Positions 20,865 to 31,381 of a stretch of 64,000 bases of DNA are shown here, piece by piece (the first letter of the stretch is position 1; each line of letters starts with the position of its first letter). The notes under the pieces are model-generated. The model worked only from the letters and a program-made list of their open reading frames with translations, was not told where the DNA came from and did no database searches. The stretch lies in NCBI GenBank assembly GCA_964016885.1, contig OZ024743.1, positions 354,888,001 through 354,952,000 on the forward strand. The letters run 5' to 3'. The translations under genes were made by a program, and so were the position numbers. The stretch is from Eledone cirrhosa. Its lineage: Eukaryota.

Positions 20865-21264
20865 GTAGTATATTTGATAATACATTGTATGTTTATTTTA
20901 AAACATTTTGAAGATATTTCTCTATGACTTTTGAAGTAGTGACTATGTCACTTACTTAGTATCAGTATATACAAAGGGAAGCAGCCGACACTATTTCTCA
21001 TTTGTTAACGGTTATCAAGATTGCTTATCCCTTCGTTTCTATCGAGACTTATAGAAGCTGGATTCCTATAAAAATGTATTTGAATATGGCAAAGCCGGCC
21101 ATTAATCGCTCGTATATAGGAAACTGACAGGCATGTTTGCTGATATGCAAATCTGGCTGATCAGTGGATCTGCTAATATTCAAAACAGACCGATCAGTCA
21201 CTGAATATTTTAGAAAATATCATATATTTTCACTAGCTCTGAGAGTTGACAACTGAACAGTGAA

Positions 21265-21308
21265 CTGCACTGATGAAGGGTGATACCCAGAGACATTAGT
21301 GTCTGCAG
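21265..21308 (+). ncRNA. Minimal type I hammerhead ribozyme motif (GAAA mutated to GAGA)
   Basis: CTGCA-CTGATGA-A GGG tgata CCC A-GAGA-CA ttag TG-TC-TGCAG: stems I, II and III all pair. Confidence 0.65.
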
Positions 21309-21464
21309 CTCTGTTTACATGCCAGCACAAGAGCAAGAATGAGAGGCTCATTACTGACAAGGCTATAAAAAAAGGGTGTTTGAATAATTACAAACGAATC
21401 GAATATTATTATTAATATTCGAAAAACTCAGATTACATTTATATATGTATACATATATAAATAA

Positions 21465-21524
<60 letters not shown>

Positions 21525-21555
21525 ATACAATCAAAGAGTGTTTAAAAGATTTAAT

Positions 21556-21602
21556 CACTTACGATCGTTTCATCCTAGCACAAGACCGATTTCATCGGAG
21601 CA
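21556..21602 (-). ncRNA. Minimal hammerhead motif, CCGATGA core, palindromic stem III
   Basis: Minus strand: TGCT-CCGATGA-AATC...GAT-GAAA-CGATCG-TA-AGTG; lies downstream of the PLE ORF on the same strand. Confidence 0.55.
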
Positions 21603-22075
21603 TATAATAAATGTTACAACACAAATATAATATCAGAATGTCATAAGAACATTAGGAGGATACATGATATGGGAAGTAAGCCTAAGTATCAACATTTATA
21701 TAAGAAAAGATAGCAAAGGCGGAAGAAGCATATGAAAAATATGAGCATATGAATGCAATAAAATTATGAACAGCTAAAAGCATTAAAATTTAAAAAAATA
21801 CATGCTACTATAGAGAAACATGCTGCTATATAAAGTTTAAGTATAGTGCAAGATATATATCATAACCAGTAAATAAACATATATCATAAGCATTACAAAA
21901 ATTTATAAAGTTTAATAAACGCAGGTGTGTAGTTCAAATATAAATTTTAAGAAATTTGAAAAATATAAAAATACATCTCCAAGAGATATTTTTAATAATG
22001 GACATAAAAAGTTTGACTGCGTAATTCCGTTATAAAAATAAACTATCATTTTTCAAACCATTCAATGATAATAAT

Positions 22076-22335
22076 TGTTTCTATTTTGGCACAACGCTAG
22101 CAATTACCTATTGCATTACTGGTACTTTATTTTATCGACCCTGTAAGCATGAAAGGCAAAGTTACCCTCGGCGGAATTTGAACTCAGAATTGAAAGGGCC
22201 GTAACTCTATGCGTCAAAGCATGACGTCCGACCCTCTACCGATACTGCCAATCCACAGGTAATAATTGTTTCTACGTTAGGCACAAGGCCAGCAATTACA
22301 CAGTGCATTACTGGTACTTTATTTTATCGACCCCG
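22076..22335 (-). mobile_element. Two adjacent SINE S1 copies (full length + 3' fragment)
   Basis: Same consensus; the second fragment is flanked by AGGTAATAAT at 22257-22266 and 22336-22345. Confidence 0.85.
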
Positions 22336-23012
22336 AGGTAATAATGTTGAATAAGTATACTCAAAGATCAAATATAGGTTGAAGTGCTATTATTATTAAT
22401 CAAACCATTCAATTTTGAATAATTCAGGAATTTGTTGAGTAAATATAATCAGCAAAGTAAAAATCCAATATAGAATAAGTGTTATCATCGGAAAAAGCAT
22501 CATATACTTGAATAGAGAGGAGAAAGTCATATATACTTAAGCATAAATAACTCCATCTTAACATAGAGTTTGAAAATTTATCCTTAAATGACGGCTGATG
22601 CAAATAAAAAATAAAAGGGAAGTAATTCATATAAGGAATTTTATAAGAGAGTTACAAATTATTAAATGGAAAAACAAATATTTAGTAAGTCAAGATGTAA
22701 CAACTTTAAAAATGATCTATGGCTAATGATTATAGAATTAAAGAATGATTTTTAAAATAATATATTCACAAAATACAAATAAAAGATTTGATCAATGTAT
22801 ACTAAAATGCTATGTATTATCAAAAGAATTATATACATATGTTAAATAAGATTAAAGGATAAAGAATTATACTAGTTAATTAATTATTTAATAAATTATA
22901 TAAGTATTGAAAATATACTACTAAAAAAATAGAGTGAGGCAATGGTTAATATATAGTATAATATTAGCAAAAATAAATGGGACCTATTAAAAATAATATA
23001 ATAAAATAATAA

Positions 23013-23096
23013 TTGTTTCTACTTTTGGCACAGCCAGCAATTATCCTAGTGTATTACTGGTACTTTATTTTATCGACCCCTTAAGGATGAAAGGCA
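23013..23096 (-). mobile_element. SINE S1, 5'-truncated
   Basis: Tail and core match; adjoins AATAATAAT. Confidence 0.8.
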
Positions 23097-23263
23097 TGCC
23101 TAAATGGGAAGGGGTGGTTATAATAAAATGTAATCATATCGAAGGGATCAGAAGGGAATGTAAGAAGAATGTGATGATTCTAATGTTACTAAAAAAAATA
23201 AGATATAAATCTACATTGGTATAAGTTAGTTACTAGGTTTAAAATAGTAAAAAAGAATGGTGA

Positions 23264-24060
23264 TTAATATGGGGGAGGACATATGGAAAAAATTTCACAT
23301 TTCCTATTTAATAAATTTAATTTAGAATAAATAATAGTATGGGACTCAAGAAGGCAAAGGTTACAACATTTGTTGAGAGGTTTATAAGAAGAAGTTTTTG
23401 CAATCACATTCCAAGTCAGGGTGTAAGGTGTATTACTACTCTTCAGAAATGATATGAAACTAGATAAAGAGGTTGTATGCTTAAGCTTAGAGTTCTTGAA
23501 AGTATGAAGATGGGAATTACACCTCGTCTTAAAACTATTCGATGCAGAACTGATATAGGTTTTGGAGTTGGTAGAAGTTGTGACAGTGCAGGAATAAATA
23601 ATATTCTTAACAAGGCAGTTTCTATTAAGAGGGCATACATTATTAGGCCTACAATTACAGTTATTGATTAAGCAGTTTTGAATGACAAGTTGTGAAGAGT
23701 TATTAGAATTAGGTATATGAATGTTAGAATTGCTATTATTATTCCAATAAGTACTAGAAATTAATGTGTTATGAGAGTGGTTACTAAAATTATTAGATAC
23801 AGTATTGTTAACAATATCAATTGGTTGTGAATTTTTATTTAAGTTATAAGAAGAAAAATACTTACTTATTTTCTTGTTATTACTACTAGAATGTTGTGTG
23901 GTAGAGTAAGAGATTATAATGGTATTTTTATTAATTCAATTATGATATTTATGATCAAGTGGGAATTGTTTTCAATAATAGAGAAGAATACTCTAGGTAT
24001 ATTAGTAGAAACATTTAAATTAAAGGGTGGATTAAAATATGAATTAAGTTTTCTTCTATT
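23264..24060 (-). pseudogene. C-terminal part of PLE protein: RT thumb/linker + Cys motif + GIY-YIG endonuclease
   Basis: NRRKLNSYFNPPFNLNVSTNI..(frameshift)FPLDHKYHN*INKNTIIISYS..CNCRPNNVCPLNRNCLVKNIIYSC..KTYISS..FKTR..H..TSLS..WNVIAK..Y..KCCNLCLLE..LLNRKCEIFSICP; 23935-23264 is stop-free and absent from the ORF track. Confidence 0.85.
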
Positions 24061-24289
24061 CTTTTTTTATTTTTGTTACTAATAAGTGTATCCTTATCAT
24101 TATTACCTTCAGTTTTATGTTTAGTATTAGAGATCTTAAGTTTGTGTATATACTATGCGTTATATTCACAATATTTTCCTTATGTTTAAGATGTTTTTTT
24201 TATTAGTGCTGGGAGGTACTGTAGAAGGAATCCACTGTCACCCTTAATAATATTATTACCTTTATTAGTTTGAATATTTTAACAATAAT

Positions 24290-24424
24290 TGTTTCTACTT
24301 TGGGCACAAGGCCACCAATTATCCCAGTGCATTACTGGTGCTTTATTTTATCGAGCCCGTAATGATGAAAAGCAAAGTTAACCTCGGCAGGATTTGAACT
24401 CAGACCGTAAAGGGCCGGAACTCT
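24290..24424 (-). mobile_element. SINE S1, 5'-truncated
   Basis: Tail, core and B box match. Confidence 0.82.
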
Positions 24425-24994
24425 AGATCCGAGTTCATTACGCGCATACCTCTCGTCATCGCTCCAGTGAGTAACGCCTTATTTCAGCCTCTCTCAGTAG
24501 CTTACCTCTTTGTGATATGTGCAGGAAACGGTGCTGAAATGACACCTTCCTCCTTTATGTCGAGGTAATTGATGGTTGCCGTGATATCAAATAACTAAAC
24601 TTGCTTATTCATTAGCATGTGTTCAAGCAGAGATATACAAACACCTTTGTAATGTTCATTCCGTATTTCACATATTTAGGGGAGTCCTTAGTTACTGAAT
24701 CATCTTTTTAGAACAGTGGCCCTATCTTGTGGTGTACTGAAGCAGACTTTTGCTAAAATAAAGAAGGCTTTAGGATTTGTCGTTTTACAGACCTAGGCTC
24801 TCATTCTGTCCTTTCCAATCTTCAACCTCTATCTTCACCACCTTTTTCTCAGCCTCCATCCCCATTCTACCCTCTTCTATTACTCCCCTTAACCACCAAC
24901 CAATAGACACGTATACATAACTAAACAGATCAAACGTATCTGACATTCCTGGTGGTTTCATACGAATGAAACAGTTCTAATCCTGTGGAAGTAA

Positions 24995-25064
<70 letters not shown>

Positions 25065-25584
25065 GCTATCCCCCCTCCTCTCTCTCTCTCTCTCTCTCTG
25101 TACATATAGATAAGAATAGCGTTTTGTGAAATGTAAAAATAGTAAAAATAATAATAAAAATAATAAAATGATAATAATATACTCTTGCTGATGCAGAGAC
25201 CTCACGTTGAACTATAAACATTTTACTCTTTCTGATGAAGTGCAATATTTTACGTAATGCTTGCGATTGAGCAGGGAAATATGCAGTCAGTGTTAGTAGA
25301 CTGTTAGTGTACAGAAACATATGTTAAACAACGGTCTCTAAATAAATATTTCTCCTCAAACCTTTACTTCTTGCCTAGTCGTTTGTTTTCCTAGTATTAT
25401 ACGTTTAAATATATATAATTTCTCCGTCATCTTCCACTTGGATACTGTACCTTGAACTCTCTAATTGGATTCTTACCGGACCTCCTGCAATGGCCATGTC
25501 GAGAAAAATACTTTGGTAAGCAATCTTCCCTATATTGTTTGCACATTAATTCACACAAATACATATTAACCTAACATATCTTCG

Positions 25585-25622
<38 letters not shown>

Positions 25623-25631
25623 TATATATAC

Positions 25632-25714
<83 letters not shown>

Positions 25715-26117
25715 TGAGTGAGTGTACATATAAATGTATATAAAGGAAAAAAAACAATGTTGTCTCTGATCCAGACGAAGTGACAGGCAGATAAAATATT
25801 AAAAAAAGATTGAAAGAAGGGGACAAAGAGATGTATGTTGGTGCACAGATGTAACCGGAACCTCCACTTTCAAACTTTTCTATGTTTCATCTCCGGATTT
25901 CTACACCCCTCTCCCATCTCATATACACACATACACACACACACACACATAAATATATATATGTATATATATATAACTAAGGATATGTGGTAAGGAACCA
26001 GATGGACCATAACGCACCAAAGTACTCAATATTTAGGGTAGTAGAGTGGGTAATAGGAACAAGTATGAATTAGCCGTCGAAACGGCTTGAGCTCTGCCGT
26101 CGTGGTCATACTTGTTC

Positions 26118-26222
<105 letters not shown>

Positions 26223-27105
26223 TGTGTCTGTGTGTGTCTGACAGAAAGAAAGATATCCAAATACATATATCCTTATAAACAAAATCAAGATAAATAAATA
26301 TAACATTTTATAACAAGAAGAATTGAGAAAAATACAGAAAATTAGAAGAATATATCTAATACTACACAAAAACAGTGTTAATATTATATCTGTGATGCTT
26401 CCTTCTTTACAGGAATATTCTCGATTTAGATATGAGATTAAAAATATGTTTACGCGTACACAATATTTTTTGAAACACAAAGTTGTATAAATTTTGATTC
26501 TCTGTCATTGACTTTTTCTATCTTGTCCGTTTGTGTTTTGTTCTCTGCTTAAGTTTATTAACACTATACTTTTCTGTTGCCGCTTTGATTGCTTGACACA
26601 TCATTTTATCATCCCTCCCTTTCGCTTTCCTGAGCAGTGACTTTGTCTAACTTGTTGGTTATCTACCCCTAATTTTCGGACATTGTGTGATTAGAGTACT
26701 AGGCCATTCTCCAGTTGTTTTCACGGTATCTGGTTCTCTCTCTCTGATCCGTTAAGGACCTTTTCATTTTCCCCACAACGTTATACCTTATTTGTCATCT
26801 TTATGGTTCTTATAAGTTAAATGACTGGGTGGTTGACCACCACATCATTACCTGATAAAGAAGGAAAACAAATTGTTTAAATAGGTGGGTTTAAATACAG
26901 ACAAAAATGATAAGCGAAAAGATTTTTTAATACCTCCATAAAAAAATTTTTTTTCCCTTATCATTTTTACCTTAAACAATAACTTTTTTCCAGTCGTTTT
27001 TTTTTTTGCACTCTGTTTGGTAGCACGTTCCTCGTTTTTATTCACGCTGTGGCATACAGGAATATGGTTTTCTACTCTTACACCCTAAAAAGGTTTGTGC
27101 TTTGT

Positions 27106-27149
<44 letters not shown>

Positions 27150-27282
27150 CAGAGGTTATATTTAATTTGTTGGGATTCAACAAGTTTAAATTTTTTTATA
27201 ACTGATATAAAGCACTCAACAGTTTAGTGGAGTAAATATACAATATATTAACAAATGGAAACTATATTTATAAAACCATATT

Positions 27283-27348
27283 TATTTTATTATACACATT
27301 TCAAGGGCCACCAAGGCAAATTATGGCGCGCCTTCATCAGATAAAATA
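27283..27348 (-). ncRNA. Type I hammerhead ribozyme motif (left arm)
   Basis: TATTTTAT-CTGATGA-AGG...CCTT-GAAA-TGTGTA-TA-ATAAAATA on the minus strand. Confidence 0.72.
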
Positions 27349-27428
27349 CAATACAGATTATTTTTATAAATAAATATTGACATACCCTGAAAAAAAAACA
27401 ACCTTAACGGTTGGAGTTTCCTGTATTG

Positions 27429-27494
27429 TATTTTATCTGATGAAGGCGCGCCATAATTTGCCCTGGTGGCCCTTGAAATATGTATAATAAAATA
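27429..27494 (+). ncRNA. Type I hammerhead ribozyme motif (right arm), canonical core
   Basis: 8 bp stem I TATTTTAT/ATAAAATA, CTGATGA, stem II AGG..CCT, GAAA, short quasi-palindromic stem III, UA cleavage site. Confidence 0.75.
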
Positions 27495-27532
27495 AATATG
27501 GTTTTATAAATATAGTTTACATTTGTTAATAT

Positions 27533-27591
<59 letters not shown>

Positions 27592-27654
27592 AGAATAATT
27601 ACGCGGACCAAAATCCGAAGAGGGCCCGATAAGGATTGCATATATATTACTGAA

Positions 27655-28185
27655 ACTTGCACATTACAGCCTCAGCTCCTGCAGTTCTTGTACTTAATTT
27701 AGTCTCCTGCCTTCCATCACTCGAATACATGACCCCGAGATACTTGAAATTCTCTACCTGCTTCAGTGAAACTCCACTCACATGTAGAATGCACTGATGA
27801 ACAGTATGGTTTTTGCCTTAGACGCAGCACAGCCGATCAAATATTCACACTGTAGCCGGTCTTTAAAAAAGCGCGGCGCATTGCCAAGAGATGTATGCTT
27901 GTTCTGTAGACCTCGAAAAGGCATATGACCTCGTTCCACGGACACATTTGTGGAAGGTTCTGCTAGAGAATGGGATCGATGGAAAACTTCTTGATGCTTT
28001 GATGTCTCTATACGTATGTCCTAGTATTTGTGTTCGGATAAATGCTGCTAATTCAAAACCATTCAATGCGGGTGTCGGACTCCACCAAGGACAAGGATGC
28101 ATACTGTCACTCCTACTGTCCATAATCTTCATGGATAGGATTGACATGTGAAGCCTTGTTGGACGTGGTTTTAGGATAGGTAGTT
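27655..28185. mobile_element. RTE-clade (Rex3/Expander-like) RT fragment with internal inversion
   Basis: Plus 27796-28185: EQYGF..STADQIFTL..VDLEKAYDLVPR..GLHQG.CILS..IFMDRI. Minus 27795-27655: LKQVENFKYLGV..SDGRQ. Confidence 0.82.
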
Positions 28186-29721
28186 GTCGTTTTCTCTTTA
28201 CAATTTTGTGATTCCTAATTTTTAATCACTATCTCTAATGAAATTGTGTATTGTGATATAAAAACGCGTATTATAATGAATTGTAAGTAATATACTATGA
28301 TATTTCAAGTCATCACAATTACGGAGCTACCATCTGAGAATACATGATGACAAAATTAGCCCGATTTTTCTACCGGGGTTAGCATACGATCCTTCAAGGA
28401 ATCAGCTATTGTTTGATAATGGAAACAATTTTGAAGATTTTACACTATAATTTACAAGTTTTTAAATCATTATTACTGTAAAATATTTGAATATATTCGA
28501 ATGAATATGTACTTGAATATTTATAATTTCAAAATTTATTTCTTCTTAATAGATAAATTATTCACATATATTCTCGTGTAAGTAGGAAGATTTTTCTTCT
28601 ACTTTGACGCTCTTTTAATCTACAGGGAGTTTCTGGCACTGGGAAGTTACTAGTAAACTCCAGTCGTGTAGATAAGTACGTTTCAGCACAAAGAACGTAA
28701 TTATATCACGTTAGTGGTTCTAGATTGCATGTTTTTGGAAATATACTTCATTCTTAGGTATTTTTTATTTTATATCCAATGTGTTTCCGAATTTTTCTGT
28801 CACAAACAAGTTTCTTCTTCGGGTATATAAGCCTATCAATGATGATAAAAACAAATAATAATGGTGGATTATCCCAAACCGATTGATCGGCAAAATAATC
28901 CGATTCCAATTTATAATCAGAACGACCCATATATCTGATGCCGATTATCTGCTGATTAATAAGTGTATCCTCCACGTGTATATACATATATACATATTCT
29001 ATTTCTTCCTTCCTAACAATTCTTCGAGTCAACTCTTTCTATCTTTCGAGGTAATGTTTTACGCAACGCCGCTTCGATGGCATTTTGCCGTTTTACCAGC
29101 TAACTTACGCCGAGTTTTTCCATTTTCCTTCGAATTATATATATATATATATAGTATTAATTATACTATTTATGGTTATGTAAATACAAAAACCATATGC
29201 AGTTATATGTATTTTTTATATGTGAGGGGCATATAATCGAAAAATACACTCCCCTGACCATGAAAATGTCGAAGTACATGAAGTTCTTGTCATCCCTTCG
29301 CTGTGCATCTCCAATACTTTTAATATTTTTAATGCTTGCACTATTTTTAATGCTTATATCATTTCTCCACACACAGACTATAACAATCATATAAAGAATT
29401 TGCCACCAGATCAACCAACCTAACACTCTTGTTTACCTGCTTAAGTGCCTCTACCACACGTATCTCTCTGCCACATTATATAAACAAGACGCACGTGCTT
29501 GCCACACATATAACATTTGCACTATATAACCGCTTATCTTCATGTTGTATTTTAACCTGTATTTTTGATTTTTGATTGTACCTTTTAATATGAATGTAAT
29601 CTCTAAGTGTGTACTGCCACTCTAAATTCTGTAATGAATGTTGACCCACAATATTTGCATATGTATCGGTATGTCTCTTGGCTGAAAAGGAGGTCATATA
29701 ACTGTCCATTCATTAATAAAT

Positions 29722-29768
29722 TGCTCCGAAGAATCCAAACCTCGGTTTGGAGGAAACAGCTGTAAGCA
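29722..29768 (+). ncRNA. Minimal hammerhead motif, CCGAAGA core
   Basis: TGCT-CCGAAGA-A TCCAAAC ctcg GTTTGGA G-GAAA-CAGCTG-TA-AGCA; ~50 bp upstream of (TA)n. Confidence 0.7.
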
Positions 29769-29808
29769 CAATAATGTTTTGAACAGTTCTTTGATTCTTA
29801 TATTTCAT

Positions 29809-29873
<65 letters not shown>

Positions 29874-29939
29874 ATCTATGTATATATGTATATATATATG
29901 TGTGTGTGTGTGTGTCTATTTGTGTGTGTGTGTGTGTGA

Positions 29940-30182
29940 AGGCGAATGGCTTAGTAGTTAGACTTGCAATTGAGGTTGTGAGTTTGATTCTCGCACCGGG
30001 CGATGCGTTGTATCCTAGAGCAAGTCACTTTATTTCGTGCTGCTTCAGTTTACTCTGCTGTAGAAATGAAGTATGACATCATTGCTGCCTAGCTGTGTCA
30101 GCCATTGCCTTTCCCTTGGACAACATTGCAGGCGTGAGAGGGGAGACTAGTATACTAATCTTCCACAAACAAACCTTGCCCA
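29940..30182 (+). mobile_element. Degenerate tRNA-derived SINE (CORE-like), second family
   Basis: A box TGGCTTAGTAG, B-box-like GTTTGATTC, core-like TGTATCCTAGAGCAAGTCACTT...CTTCAGTTT. Confidence 0.55.
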
Positions 30183-30573
30183 TATATATATCTATATATA
30201 TATATATAAGAGTAGGTGATAACCTAGACATATAATAAATATAAAGAGAGATAGAATGTGTTTGACAAAGCTCAAGAGCGTAAGTGAAAGAATGAACAAG
30301 AGACAATATGTACATCTGTACACACACACACATATATGTGTGTGTTTATGTGTATATGTGTGTGTGTATGTGTGTATATATAGGTGCGTATATGTGTGTT
30401 GGGTGTTGGATGTACGTGCGTATTTATATATGTAGCCTATCAATTTCCATTTAGGAGTAATATTAAAAAATATTGAAGTATCTATAAAACGTAATTGAAA
30501 TATATTTTTTCCCTTGTACTCTATATTCATTTTTCTCTGTTTTCTCTGTATTTTTTAAACTACATAACCTCCT

Positions 30574-30659
<86 letters not shown>

Positions 30660-30665
30660 ATATTG

Positions 30666-30809
<144 letters not shown>

Positions 30810-30982
30810 TATATATACATACTATATATATATACAGTTTATTACTTCGTAATGTCAACTTGTATTTCTTTAACTTTTTTATTTAGTGTTAATTTATATT
30901 GAAATATTTATGGCAAAATTAATAAAAACGCAGACAAGAAATGCATAAAAATAGTAACAATAGTATTATCATTATGGAAGAT

Positions 30983-31081
30983 AACAGCAGCAGCAGCAAA
31001 ACAACAACAACAACAATAAAGATGATGATGATAATGATGGTGATGATGACGATGATGAGGATGATGATGATGATGATCAAG

Positions 31082-31143
<62 letters not shown>
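30983..31143. repeat. Compound trinucleotide tract (CAG/CAA/GAT) ending in (AAT)n
   Basis: Read directly from the sequence. Confidence 0.9.
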
Positions 31144-31144
<1 letters not shown>

Positions 31145-31381
31145 TTTTCTTCATTAACCACAAGGGTTTACATAAAGTAGACATTAAGGACAGTACAGGA
31201 CAATTCAGCACGGTACAAATGGGCATTTCTGCGTGTAAAAAAAACAGAGGATGAAATAAAATAACAAAGAAAAATTCCCCAATAGGGGGGAGACTTCCGA
31301 GGGACATTTGAAGCCCATTAAAAGACCACAGTGACCCTGACCACCAGGGCAAGTGCCCTCTCCCAGTTTTCCACCCTTAAT

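Larger units (their letters stand above)
21530..24280 (-). mobile_element. Penelope-like element (Naiad-type GIY-YIG), 5'-truncated and decayed; boundaries approximate
   Basis: Hand translation gives RT-thumb/linker and GIY-YIG motifs at 24060-23264; hammerhead motif near the putative 3' end next to a (TA)/(TG) tract; interrupted by S1 SINEs. Confidence 0.7.
27236..27541. repeat. Inverted repeat (121 bp arms, 64 bp spacer) with a hammerhead in each arm; PLE pseudo-LTR-like
   Basis: 27236-27356 versus 27421-27541, three mismatches seen; the right arm runs into (TA)n. Confidence 0.9.

Noticed and set aside
23936-23938. In-frame TGA in the Naiad-like ORF as selenocysteine
   Set aside because: Not at an evident conserved Cys position, lies next to a frameshift, and no SECIS was identified.
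16776-24424. Recurring ~150 bp unit as a CRISPR-like array or tRNA genes
   Set aside because: Dispersed, irregularly spaced, with TSDs and Pol III boxes but no cloverleaf: these are SINE copies.
28500-29030. Faint GIY-YIG-like peptides (TNVI, ETPCRLKER) on the minus strand
   Set aside because: Too fragmentary and stop-ridden to support.
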